DNA of 64,000 nt, taken from the NCBI GenBank assembly GCA_042090785.1, contig JBELIP010000006.1, positions 31,693 to 95,692 of the forward strand, given 5' to 3'. The notes beneath the pieces are model-generated. The model had not been told where the DNA came from. It did not search any database and was given only the letters and a program-made list of their open reading frames with translations. Made by a program: the position numbers and the translations under genes. This DNA comes from Cellvibrionales bacterium. GTDB taxonomy: Bacteria > Pseudomonadota > Gammaproteobacteria > Pseudomonadales > UBA7434. This document shows, piece by piece, positions 8,573 through 18,049 of the stretch (position 1 is the first letter of the stretch; every line of letters begins with the position of its first letter).

Positions 8573-9865
8573 ATGGCTCTACTCACATTACCACCACGCA
8601 AAGCATTAAGGCCTGTTGCTATTATTTTAATAGCAGTAGCTGTGTCTTCTTTATTGTATTTAAGCCGCCCAGAGCCAATGCAACAAACCCCCGAAAAAAG
8701 TCGCCTCATAATTAATGCTATAGAAGTGCAAAGTGAAACACTGCAAATAACGATTAACTCACAGGGCACCGTTTTACCCAGCACTGAGACTGAATTATCT
8801 TCTGAAGTTCAAGGTCGCGTCATTGAAGTGGCCGATCATTTTGTTGCTGGTGGTTTTGTTCAGCAAGGCGACTTATTGCTGCGCATAGATGACCTAGAAT
8901 ACCGAACCGCTGTAGCACGAGCGCAAGCTTCAGTAGCGGCGGCTAACACACGCCTGGCCGAGGAGCGCGGGCGCGCTGATGTCGCCTACCAAGATTGGCT
9001 ACGTTTCAATAAAGAAGGTAAGCGCTCTGCTCAAGCAAAATCACTGGCCTTGCGAGAACCACAAATTGCCGAAGCATCGGCCAACTTACATGCCGCAAAA
9101 GCGGACCTTGCCAAAGCAGAAGAAAATTTGTCCCGCACTGCAGTTACCGCCCCGTACGATGGTTTAATTCGCCATCGCAGTGTTGATTTAGGCCAACACG
9201 TTTCCGTCGGCATGACTCTGGGTATTTGTTTTTCTACCCGCCAAATAGAAGTTCGCTTACCCGTGGCTGAGAATAAACTTTCATTACTAGACATCCCCAC
9301 GCCCAGCCAAGAGGCAACGCACGCTACACCCATTAGCCTATCGGTTAATTTAAATAATATCGATCATCATTGGCAGGCGCGCTTAGTGCGCATTGAAAGC
9401 GTATTAGATGAGCGAAGCCGAATGCTCTATCTTGTTGCCAGTGTCAATGACCCTTACCAATTACAGTCACCCGCCGCGAAGACAAATAAACCCGTGCTGC
9501 GAGTAGGCACCTTTGTTAACGCACTCATTGCTGGCAAGGCATTAGATAATATTGTGCGCATTCCCCACGATGTACTGCAAACAGACAATACAGTTTGGTT
9601 AATTGATGATAACGGCAATCTCCAGCGGCGCGCGGTTAGTATTATTGCTAATGACAACAACTATGCCTATGTTGACAGCGGCTTAACGAGTGGCGACCAA
9701 ATTGCTATCGGTTATATTGATAGCGGCAACATTGGCAATCAAGTCAATATTGGTGAATTAATAAAGCTGCCTGCTAGTAATACAGCTCATTCATTATCAA
9801 CAGAGCAGATTGCAGAAAAGGCACTGCCTAAAGATAACATCAACTCACCTGCGCGCGAAATATAA
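8573..9865 (+). CDS. Efflux RND transporter periplasmic adaptor subunit (HlyD/MFP family)
   Basis: 430-aa ORF. N-terminal TM anchor, coiled-coil hairpin region (AQASVAAANTRLAEERGRADVAY...HAAKADLAKAEENLSRT) and the motif APYDGLI. Located directly upstream of the RND permease; SD AGGAAA. Confidence 0.85.
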   Translation: MALLTLPPRKALRPVAIILIAVAVSSLLYLSRPEPMQQTPEKSRLIINAIEVQSETLQITINSQGTVLPSTETELSSEVQGRVIEVADHFVAGGFVQQGDLLLRIDDLEYRTAVARAQASVAAANTRLAEERGRADVAYQDWLRFNKEGKRSAQAKSLALREPQIAEASANLHAAKADLAKAEENLSRTAVTAPYDGLIRHRSVDLGQHVSVGMTLGICFSTRQIEVRLPVAENKLSLLDIPTPSQEATHATPISLSVNLNNIDHHWQARLVRIESVLDERSRMLYLVASVNDPYQLQSPAAKTNKPVLRVGTFVNALIAGKALDNIVRIPHDVLQTDNTVWLIDDNGNLQRRAVSIIANDNNYAYVDSGLTSGDQIAIGYIDSGNIGNQVNIGELIKLPASNTAHSLSTEQIAEKALPKDNINSPAREI

Positions 9866-9877
9866 GGACGTTCTTTG

Positions 9878-12800
9878 ATGCCAGTACCGCCGAACAATGC
9901 TGAGAATGATTACGAAAAAAATAATGCTAACGATATTATTTCATGGTTTGCTCGCAATCACGTGGCCGCCAACTTACTCATGATTTTTATTATTGTCATC
10001 GGTTTAATTTCGCTGACAAATATTCAACGCGAACTGCAGCCCGACCTCAACATTGAGGTGATTCAAATTTCCATGGCCTACCCTGGTGCCGCCCCCGAAG
10101 AAGTAGAGCAAGGTGTTAGCAGCAAAATTGAAGAAGCTATTAAAGATATTACCGGCATTGAAAAAATCAGTTCTTATAGCAACGAAGGTTTAGCCACTAT
10201 ACAAGTTGATATCTTACAAGGCTTTGAGGTGTCGGCTCTGCTCGATCAAATAAAAAATCGCATTGACGGTATTAGCAACTTACCCGACCTTACAGAAACG
10301 GCTGTGATAGAACAGTTAGAAATGAAGTTCCCTGTTATCCAATTGCAAGTGAGTGGCGAGCTAGAAGAAAAACAACTGAATAAAATATTACGCGGTATTA
10401 AAGAAGAAATTCTTGCCCTACCAGAAATATCCTCTGCTGAGTTATTTGGCCTACGCGACTATGAAATATCTATTGAGGTGAGCGAAGCGGCTTTAAAAAA
10501 ATACCAACTGACATTGCGTGATATTGCCTTTGCGATTAATCGCTCATCCATTGATATGGCTGGCGGCGCTATCCAATCGAATACCGGTGACATTTTACTA
10601 CGCACGCAAGGCCAAGCTTTTAATCAACAAGAATTTAACCGTATTGTGTTGCGCAGCTTTGCCGACGGCAGTCGTTTATATTTAGCCGATGTCGCCTACG
10701 TGCGTGATGCTTTTACACAGCGCTCGGGCCTAAGCTTTTTTGATGGCGAATACGGTGCCGGTTTAATGGTTTACGCCGTAGGTGATCAAGATGTTATTGA
10801 TACGACCAATGTTATTAAGCAGTATGTTAAACAAAAAAAACTTAGCTTAGCTGATAATGTTGAACTGAGTTACTGGCAAGACTACAGCCATTATATTGAA
10901 GAGCGCATGCAACTAATGAGTAAAAACCTCACCATTGGCGCGCTATTGGTATTTTTAATTTTATTAATTTTTCTCAATTTCAATTTAGCCTTTTGGGTAA
11001 TGGCGGGGTTACCCGTTTGTTTCCTCGGCACGGTTGCAGCAATGCAAATCAACGGTATTGATGTATCGCTTAACATGATCAGTCTTTTTGGGTTTATTAC
11101 TGTTTTAGGTATTATGGTTGACGATGCCATTATTATTGGCGAAAGCGTTGACTCAACCACAAAAAAAGAAGGCCTTAACCTTAATGCCGTTATAAAAGGT
11201 GTAAAGCGCGTTGCTATTCCAGCGACATTCGGCGTATTAACCACGGTTGCCTCATTTACTCCCACTGTCACATTAAACAGTGTCTTTGCTTCTTTCCCTG
11301 CGGCTATGGGCTGGGTAGTTATTCTTTGTTTATTATTTTCGTTAATTGAATCAAAATTAATATTGCCCGCCCACATTGCTCACTCGCGCCTAACGCAGCT
11401 ACCACTGATTGATGTGATTAGTCAGCAAACCAATCGTTTTTCTACTCGCGCTAACGAAAGACTCAAGCAATTTATTGAACAATTTTATTTACCTTTTTTA
11501 GCACAATGCATTGCTCACCGTTACACAACCTTGGCAACCTTTATTGCTGGGCTTATTCTTACTGGCGGCATAGTTGCCAGCGGTATTGTTTTGTTAGTCG
11601 TTATGCCAAACGTCCCATCAGAAATATTAGGCGCCAAAATAGAAATGGTTGAAGGCACACCCGACAGCCAAACGCATGCTGCCGTAGATCGGGTCACCGA
11701 AGCGCTTTATCAAGCCAACCAAGACTATATTGAACAATCGGGCGATAGTAATGGCTTTATCAAACACGTTTATAGCTGGGGTATACCGGGCGAGTCTGCC
11801 GATTTCATGTTGGAGTTGACTAAAGTAGAAAATCGCACCATTGATAGTTATGAAATTATTCAACGTTGGCGAGAAAAAGCTGGTGATATTACTGGCACCA
11901 AAAGCTTAGTTTTTCGCGCTGCAGAAGAAATGATTGGCGATCCTATTTCCTTTAATATTTCTGCCGATTCGAGAGAAGCATTGGTAGCTGCCACCGCAGA
12001 GCTACAAGCTATTATTAGCAGCTATGAAGGTGTGTTCGACAGTAAGAGCTCGCTTAACAACCAAGTGGACGAACTTAAACTCAATATCAAACCGTCAGCA
12101 GAAGCGTTGGGTATAAGCTTAAGTGATCTGGGTGGGCAAGTACGCGATGCTTTTTACGGGATAGAAACCCAGCGTATTCAGCGTGGCACTGACGAAGTTA
12201 AAGTCATGGTTCGCTACCCTCGCGATGATAGAAAATCGCTGGCTGATTTAGATAATATGTTTATTCGCACCAGTACCGGCGATACCGTGCCTTTTTATTC
12301 CGTAGCTGAGGTGACTAGCCAACCCAGTTACGCTTCCATCGACAAAATAAATGGTCGACGTGCAGTTAATATTTCAGCCAAAGTCGACAAGCTTAACTTC
12401 AACCCTGACGCTATTAGTCGCCAAATTATGCTGGAAGATTTTCCCAAGTTATTAGCCAAGTATCCCAGCCTTCGTTTCGAGATGGCCGGCGAAACCAAGG
12501 ATTCTGCAGATATTGTTAATGGTTTGGCTCAAGGCTTCTTACTTGCTCTAATTGCTGTATATGCATTGTTAGCTATTCCGCTAAAATCGTATACTCAGCC
12601 ATTAATCATTATGTCCATTATCCCCTTTAGCCTTATTGGCGCTATTGCTGGGCATTTAATTATGGATACTGCTTTTTCGATGATGTCATTCTTTGGCGTC
12701 ATTGCTCTTATTGGGGTAGCCGTCAATGACAGCCTAATTCTTACTGATGCCGTCAATCGACAGTTAGCCACCGGACAATCGGTACTCGAGGCGGTTATGT

Positions 12801-13048
12801 TTTCTTGCAAACGGCGCTTTAGAGCGATATTAATCACCTCCTTAACCACATTTTTTGGTTTATTTCCGATGCTTTTAGAAAGCAGCTTACAAGCGCAGGT
12901 CATACAGCCAATGGCGATTTCACTGGCTTTTGGCATCGTATTTGCCACCGTCATTACACTATTACTAATACCGTGTTTGTTTGTCATATTGAATGATTTT
13001 AAGCCATTTATGGCAAAATCACTGCCAAATAAAGAAGCCACAATTTAA
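9878..13048 (+). CDS. Efflux RND transporter permease subunit (AcrB/HAE family)
   Basis: About 1056 aa with 12-TM RND architecture and two large periplasmic loops; conserved GIMVDDAIII and GVAVNDSLIL TM4/TM10 motifs. ATG at 9878 preceded by AAGGA (the ORF track began at TTG 9875). Confidence 0.9.
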   Translation: MPVPPNNAENDYEKNNANDIISWFARNHVAANLLMIFIIVIGLISLTNIQRELQPDLNIEVIQISMAYPGAAPEEVEQGVSSKIEEAIKDITGIEKISSYSNEGLATIQVDILQGFEVSALLDQIKNRIDGISNLPDLTETAVIEQLEMKFPVIQLQVSGELEEKQLNKILRGIKEEILALPEISSAELFGLRDYEISIEVSEAALKKYQLTLRDIAFAINRSSIDMAGGAIQSNTGDILLRTQGQAFNQQEFNRIVLRSFADGSRLYLADVAYVRDAFTQRSGLSFFDGEYGAGLMVYAVGDQDVIDTTNVIKQYVKQKKLSLADNVELSYWQDYSHYIEERMQLMSKNLTIGALLVFLILLIFLNFNLAFWVMAGLPVCFLGTVAAMQINGIDVSLNMISLFGFITVLGIMVDDAIIIGESVDSTTKKEGLNLNAVIKGVKRVAIPATFGVLTTVASFTPTVTLNSVFASFPAAMGWVVILCLLFSLIESKLILPAHIAHSRLTQLPLIDVISQQTNRFSTRANERLKQFIEQFYLPFLAQCIAHRYTTLATFIAGLILTGGIVASGIVLLVVMPNVPSEILGAKIEMVEGTPDSQTHAAVDRVTEALYQANQDYIEQSGDSNGFIKHVYSWGIPGESADFMLELTKVENRTIDSYEIIQRWREKAGDITGTKSLVFRAAEEMIGDPISFNISADSREALVAATAELQAIISSYEGVFDSKSSLNNQVDELKLNIKPSAEALGISLSDLGGQVRDAFYGIETQRIQRGTDEVKVMVRYPRDDRKSLADLDNMFIRTSTGDTVPFYSVAEVTSQPSYASIDKINGRRAVNISAKVDKLNFNPDAISRQIMLEDFPKLLAKYPSLRFEMAGETKDSADIVNGLAQGFLLALIAVYALLAIPLKSYTQPLIIMSIIPFSLIGAIAGHLIMDTAFSMMSFFGVIALIGVAVNDSLILTDAVNRQLATGQSVLEAVMFSCKRRFRAILITSLTTFFGLFPMLLESSLQAQVIQPMAISLAFGIVFATVITLLLIPCLFVILNDFKPFMAKSLPNKEATI

Positions 13049-13227
13049 CGATTGCGGCCGATACTTTAGCCAAAAGCCCTTTTATTTGCCGGAGTAAATC
13101 TATACCATACGCGGCCTAAACAGTTGTATAGGCAGATGGGTCTGCCAATGATTAAACCCTTACGATTGTTATTATGAGTTTTCATTATGAATAGCTATTG
13201 TAAATAGCCATTGAGTTGGAGTAGTTC

Positions 13228-13644
13228 ATGTCACGAACACGTCACGCCGCTGCAAATGAAGATGAATCTGAAATCGATTTAACACCGATGTTGGATGTTG
13301 TTTTTATCATGTTGATCTTTTTTATTGTTACCGCTTCTTTTATTAAAGAGTATGGTCTAGAAATCAATCGTCCCGATGATGCTCCAGAAGTGGACATTCC
13401 TACGGAAAACCAAAACGTTTTAATTAATATTAATGCTTCGAGTGAAATATTAGTTGATAACCGTCGTGTTGATGTGCGCTCGGTGCGTTCAGTAATTCAA
13501 CGTAAGCTTGCGGAGAATCCTAAGGGTTCGGTGATTATTAGTGCGCATTCTGAGGCGAAGGCAAATACTTATGCTGCGGTGGCTGATGCTGCTAAACAAG
13601 CGAAGGATGAGATTGCTATTACGCTGGTGGTTAAGGAAGACTAA
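13228..13644 (+). CDS. exbD: Biopolymer transport protein ExbD/TolR family (orphan)
   Basis: 138-aa ORF. N-terminal EIDLTPMLDVVFIMLIFFIV is the ExbD/TolR signature. No exbB or tonB is adjacent. Confidence 0.8.
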   Translation: MSRTRHAAANEDESEIDLTPMLDVVFIMLIFFIVTASFIKEYGLEINRPDDAPEVDIPTENQNVLININASSEILVDNRRVDVRSVRSVIQRKLAENPKGSVIISAHSEAKANTYAAVADAAKQAKDEIAITLVVKED

Positions 13645-13667
13645 GTGGGTTAGCTGTGCTGTTTTTT

Positions 13668-13700
13668 AAAACCCGGTAATGTGAGTTATCGGGTTTTTTA
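13668..13700 (+). terminator. Rho-independent terminator downstream of exbD
   Basis: Stem AAACCCG / CGGGTTT followed by a T-run (cgggtttttta). It forms the 5' module of repeat copy A. Confidence 0.7.
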
Positions 13701-13785
13701 TTGGGGTGGGTTTACAGTTACAGTCAAGGCCACCCCCGACGGTTTTGACTGTGAACTTGAACTTGAACTTAAACTTAAAAGCTTG
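13668..13785. repeat. Intergenic repeat family, copy A (terminator hairpin + GGTTTACAGTTA + CAGTCAA..TTGACTG hairpin + GAACTT x3)
   Basis: Alignable by eye to 50657-50760 (copy B) and, with an internal deletion, to 52473-52506 (copy C). Confidence 0.7.
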
Positions 13786-13791
13786 AAGCGT

Positions 13792-14340
13792 CTACCCTAC
13801 CTCAACCTCCAACGCCTCAACTTCCTCGCCATCACTCTCATCACTCTCATCAACAACAGGCACATGCTTCCCCGCCTCCAAATCCAGCAACCACTGCTTA
13901 AACTCAACACCGCCACTAAACCCAGTTAATTTACCATTGCTACCAATAACACGATGACAAGGCACAATAATAGGAATTGGATTATTGCGATTAGACGTCC
14001 CCACAGCTCGAACCGCTTTCGGCTTACCCACCATGCGAGCTATATCGCTATAGCTGGCCGTTTCACCGTAAGGAATTCGCGACACGACCTCGAGCACCTT
14101 GCGCTGAAAATCAGAACCCTTAGGATTTAAACGCAGCGAAAATTTCAACCGATCACCGGCAAAATATTCTTTTAATTGCATAATGGCGTTGACAAAAAAT
14201 GCCGCATCTTTACGCCAATGCGCTTCGGGTAAAATCGGCGTGGAACCTTCTTGAAAATTAACGTGGGAAAGCCCCTGAAAATCGCCAACTAATAGCAATT
14301 TACCAAATGGCGAATCGGTATAGCAGTAATGTATTGTCAT
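13792..14340 (-). CDS. ogt: Methylated-DNA--protein-cysteine methyltransferase (Ogt/Ada C-domain family)
   Basis: Active-site PCHRVI with NRNNPIPIIVPCHRVIGSNG. Start placed at the ATG at 14340 (MTIHYCYTDSPFGKLLLVG, preceded by AAGG); the ORF-track start is 14376. It has an acidic C-terminal extension. Confidence 0.85.
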   Translation of the reverse strand: MTIHYCYTDSPFGKLLLVGDFQGLSHVNFQEGSTPILPEAHWRKDAAFFVNAIMQLKEYFAGDRLKFSLRLNPKGSDFQRKVLEVVSRIPYGETASYSDIARMVGKPKAVRAVGTSNRNNPIPIIVPCHRVIGSNGKLTGFSGGVEFKQWLLDLEAGKHVPVVDESDESDGEEVEALEVEVG

Positions 14341-14534
14341 TAACCTTGGCCTCATTGATATTGCTGCAGCAAACAATCTGGCTTTGCTGCACTCAACGTA
14401 ATGGATTAACCGTGCTCAATCTAACAATTCCAACCAGCCTACGCCCAATTTCAAAGCGATAGAAGCCCCATTTACCCCTAAAATGGCACATTTTTTGGTG
14501 TTTTTAACCAATAAACGGTTTTTTGTAGCATCTT

Positions 14535-14726
14535 TTAATCAGTTGATGTTTTTGTTTTGCCACACTTACTGCATTTTCTCACGGTCAATAACTTACCCTT
14601 TTTTACATCAAAGCGCGTACTAGTCTCTACTTCCCAACGATGATGGCCATGCTGACAAAGACTCGAACGCTTAATACGCTTTAATTGTGCCGCTTTACCA
14701 AACTGCCCTTTTATAATGTCACTCAT
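14535..14726 (-). CDS. Small basic protein with putative zinc-ribbon (C-x-H...CxxC)
   Basis: 63-aa ORF with LCQHGHHRW ... CSKCGK and a high Lys/Arg content. No family recognised. Confidence 0.4.
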   Translation of the reverse strand: MSDIIKGQFGKAAQLKRIKRSSLCQHGHHRWEVETSTRFDVKKGKLLTVRKCSKCGKTKTSTD

Positions 14727-14815
14727 AATAATTTCATTAATTTCAATGATTTACAAAATTTTAAAACATTAAGGGACTTAACTTTTGTCACCATGGTCAT
14801 ATTTCTTTTCTTACT

Positions 14816-15553
14816 ATGGCATCATATTCGTTAAAGAAAACAGGAGCCAGTGCCGTGGACCAATACCAAGCTATTATCGAAATCATTGCCCTTAGCATGG
14901 GGGTTGCCTGGGCGAGTGGCATAAACTTGTATGCGGTATTACTGGTACTCGGGCTAGGCGGTGCATCAGGAAACATTACTCTACCCGCTGAACTGGCTTT
15001 GCTTGAAAACCCACTGGTTATGGGTGCTGCTGGCCTTATGTATATGGTGGAGTTTGGCGCGGACAAGATACCTGGTGTCGATACCGTTTGGGATACTCTG
15101 CATACCTTTATTCGCTTACCGGCTGGCGCAATGCTCGCAGCGGGTGCCGTAGGTGAAGCCGAACCCGCCATAGTGGTGGCCGCAGCTATTGTTGGGGGCG
15201 GCGTGGCTGCTACATCGCATCTGGTTAAATCAGGCAGCCGCATGGTGATTAACACCTCACCGGAACCGGTCACTAATTGGACAGCTTCAATTGCTGAGGA
15301 TATGAGTGCCGTTGCTGCTATCTGGCTGGCGCTCAATCACCCTTTGCTATTTGTAGCATTATTGGTGGCGTTTATCGGTCTATCTATTTGGTTATTACCC
15401 AAGCTATGGCGCTTAATTAAACGGCTATTTTTACGCATCCGGAGTTGGCTTAGCGGCCGACGCTACTCACCACCCGAAGACTGCGAAAACGAACCTACTA
15501 CCGTACTTGATTTAAATGCGCTGCCAAAGATAAAACCCTCAACTCAGGACTAG
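14816..15553 (+). CDS. Integral membrane protein, DUF4126-like
   Basis: 245-aa ORF with multiple Gly/Ala-rich TM helices. The N-terminal WASGINLYAVLLVLG resembles the DUF4126 signature as I recall it. Confidence 0.55.
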   Translation: MASYSLKKTGASAVDQYQAIIEIIALSMGVAWASGINLYAVLLVLGLGGASGNITLPAELALLENPLVMGAAGLMYMVEFGADKIPGVDTVWDTLHTFIRLPAGAMLAAGAVGEAEPAIVVAAAIVGGGVAATSHLVKSGSRMVINTSPEPVTNWTASIAEDMSAVAAIWLALNHPLLFVALLVAFIGLSIWLLPKLWRLIKRLFLRIRSWLSGRRYSPPEDCENEPTTVLDLNALPKIKPSTQD

Positions 15554-15646
15554 AGGTCTTTGCCGCAGCACAGCAGTAAACCAATTATGCTTATGCAACG
15601 TAAATCTTATTAATTACTCATTAATAAGGTTACTCGTTACGTTGTT

Positions 15647-16258
15647 ATGAAATCACCTAACCCTCAAGGCAAAGGCATTGTGCCATTACTGGTGGCATGG
15701 GAATCGATGTCCCCATTAACCATTGCCAATAAACCGGCCGGCCGAATTTTGGGAGAATATTTCACTTCGTTGCTTATTTTATCAGCTGAATTTTCTTTTA
15801 AACCGGTGCCTCAAAATAATTATTATTTGTATTGGAAGCCCTCAGCATCAACCGACAAACCACCCACCTCACCATGGCGTCTTAGCCTAATAGAGCCTGA
15901 GCGATTGGGTGATTTAGACCTAGGTATTTTTGTCGGCTGCTGTATTTTGCAATTCGATATGACATGGTCAATTGCGCTCAATGAAACACTTCACCAACAC
16001 AGCGATTTGTTAGATGACTTACAATATTTTCATCAGCAATTTCAAGCAGCTAATAATGATGAGCAATCCCTAGAAACACATTTGCCCTTTTTTGTTGAGC
16101 AGCTGCCTTTTTATAGACGACTTGCTGCAACGGCTTTATCCAGTTCACTTAGCCGCTCTATTAAAACCAGCGAGCTCGACAATATTCCTGCTCGACAATG
16201 GCTTTCACATAGCGGCAGATCAAGTTTAGGCTTGCTGCAATATCAAGCCGCGCCTTAA
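15647..16258 (+). CDS. Hypothetical protein
   Basis: 203-aa ORF with no recognisable motif. Convergent with cmoB. Confidence 0.45.
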   Translation: MKSPNPQGKGIVPLLVAWESMSPLTIANKPAGRILGEYFTSLLILSAEFSFKPVPQNNYYLYWKPSASTDKPPTSPWRLSLIEPERLGDLDLGIFVGCCILQFDMTWSIALNETLHQHSDLLDDLQYFHQQFQAANNDEQSLETHLPFFVEQLPFYRRLAATALSSSLSRSIKTSELDNIPARQWLSHSGRSSLGLLQYQAAP

Positions 16259-16279
16259 AACACCTAATGACAGCCAGCA

Positions 16280-17257
16280 TTAAACCGTAGCAACAACAAC
16301 AGCTCTTCTTGGAGCGGGATACCCCTCTACTGTTTTTGTCGCATCATTCGGATCAAGGAAATCAGTGAGCGATTGAAAAGTCATCCACTCAGTGGCGCGC
16401 TGCTCTTCGACAGTTGTTGTTGAAATATCAATAACATTAATATCTCGAAACTTCATTTTTGTTAACCAACTGCATAGCGTTGGCACCGACGGAATAAACC
16501 AGACGTTACCCATTTTGCTATAACGACCTTCCGGCACGAGCACTTCACCTTCCTTACCTTCAATCACTAAAGTCTCTAATACTAACTGACCACCACTCAC
16601 TAAAGCGTCACGTAACTCTTGCAAATGGTCGAATGGAGAGCGTCGGTGATACAGAATACCCATAGAAAAAACCGTATCAAAAGTCTGCAGTTTAGGCGGC
16701 AATGCCTCCATACGCATTGGCACCACCCAGACACTGGGGTTTTGTAAATATTTTTGTATGGCCCAATATTGCATAACAAATAATGGTGTAGGATCAATAC
16801 CCATCACTAATTCGGCACCCGCTGCAGCCATGCGCCAACAATGATAACCACTGCCGCAACCGACATCCAAAACACGCCTACCTTTTAATGGCTGTATTTT
16901 TTCTTTTAAACGATCCCATTTAAAATCAGAACGCCACTCAGTATCAATATGCACACCCGCCACCGTAAACGGGCCCTTGCGCCAAGGATGTAAACCCATC
17001 AATGCATTATGAAGCTGCGATGATTGCGCCTCATCACAGTCGCTATTAACACCCGCACGAATAGATGAAGCCGACAAATCAACATGACTAATATCTATAT
17101 CTGGTAATGCATCTAACGATTTTTTCCAATGAGGAATGTCACCATAGCGACTCACATCCAAACCAGCTTCAATTGCTGCCGGCAAAGCTTCTGCTAAGGC
17201 ATTAACTTCATCTTCTTTTAAGCGTGCAATGAGAGGCGTGTAATCAAGTGTATTCAT
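16280..17257 (-). CDS. cmoB: tRNA U34 carboxymethyltransferase CmoB
   Basis: 325-aa ORF. LHPWRKGPF, RVLDVGCGSGYHCWRM and ILYHRRSPFDHL match CmoB. Located downstream of cmoA. Confidence 0.9.
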   Translation of the reverse strand: MNTLDYTPLIARLKEDEVNALAEALPAAIEAGLDVSRYGDIPHWKKSLDALPDIDISHVDLSASSIRAGVNSDCDEAQSSQLHNALMGLHPWRKGPFTVAGVHIDTEWRSDFKWDRLKEKIQPLKGRRVLDVGCGSGYHCWRMAAAGAELVMGIDPTPLFVMQYWAIQKYLQNPSVWVVPMRMEALPPKLQTFDTVFSMGILYHRRSPFDHLQELRDALVSGGQLVLETLVIEGKEGEVLVPEGRYSKMGNVWFIPSVPTLCSWLTKMKFRDINVIDISTTTVEEQRATEWMTFQSLTDFLDPNDATKTVEGYPAPRRAVVVATV

Positions 17258-17275
17258 AAATCATTTTTCAAACCG

Positions 17276-18049
17276 TTATTTAAATGCAACCAAGGATGCA
17301 AAATTAAAACATTGAAACCATACTTCAACGCGACTAAAACCGCAGTCGACTAATCGCTGTCGATGTGTGGCTAGCGACTCAGGCACTAAAACATTTTCTA
17401 TAGCATCACGTTTTTGACTAATTTCTAAATCGCTATAACCATTGGCGCGTTTAAAGTCATGATGCAGATCGACAAAAAGTTCAGCCACTTGCTCACTATC
17501 AAATTGTATTTTTTCTGACAGGATCAATACACCATCGTCCACCATACCTTGTTGTATACGTGACAATAATTCCGCACGTTTACTAATATCAATAAACTGT
17601 AAGGTATAATTCATTGCGACAACAGAGGCATTATTAATATCAATATTAACAATATCGTCGTGGACTAAATGAATAGGCGTTGCTAGTGATTGCGAAGCAA
17701 GTGTTGTTGCTAGTTGATCTAACATGGCTCGCGCATTATCAACAGCAACCACCTCGCAATGACTAGCGGCGCTTTTTGCCATTGAAAAACTGGTCGCACC
17801 TAACGAGCAACCCAAGTCGTAAAGACGAGTAGCCGGCTGAGAAAAGCGTTGAGCTAATACACCACTAATAGCTACCACCGTACTGTAACCTGGTACCGAT
17901 CGCTGAATCATATCGGGAAATACCGACGCAACGGTGTCATCAAAGGTAAAGTCCTTAACCGCCCCCATGGGGTGAGAAAATAACGTATCTCTTTTATCTG
18001 TCACAAATAACCGCCTATTACTCCAAAAGCCATAATGCAAGCCGCGCAT
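17276..18049 (-). CDS. cmoA: Carboxy-S-adenosyl-L-methionine synthase CmoA
   Basis: RDTLF...FTFDDTVASVFPDMIQRSVPGYS...HHDFKRANGYSDLEISQKR...WFQCFNF closely parallels E. coli CmoA. Alignment suggests the true start may be the GTG at 18004 rather than the ATG at 18049. Confidence 0.9.
   Translation of the reverse strand: MRGLHYGFWSNRRLFVTDKRDTLFSHPMGAVKDFTFDDTVASVFPDMIQRSVPGYSTVVAISGVLAQRFSQPATRLYDLGCSLGATSFSMAKSAASHCEVVAVDNARAMLDQLATTLASQSLATPIHLVHDDIVNIDINNASVVAMNYTLQFIDISKRAELLSRIQQGMVDDGVLILSEKIQFDSEQVAELFVDLHHDFKRANGYSDLEISQKRDAIENVLVPESLATHRQRLVDCGFSRVEVWFQCFNFASLVAFK

Noticed and set aside
13681-13929. 82-aa plus-strand ORF spanning repeat copy A and the ogt 3' end
   Set aside because: It starts inside a terminator hairpin, runs through the tandem repeats and is antisense to ogt. 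Its composition reflects the repeat, not a protein.
14797-15336. 179-aa Ala/Pro/Ser-rich ORF antisense to the DUF4126-like gene
   Set aside because: It is the mirror frame of a Gly/Ala-rich membrane protein. It is low-complexity with no start context.
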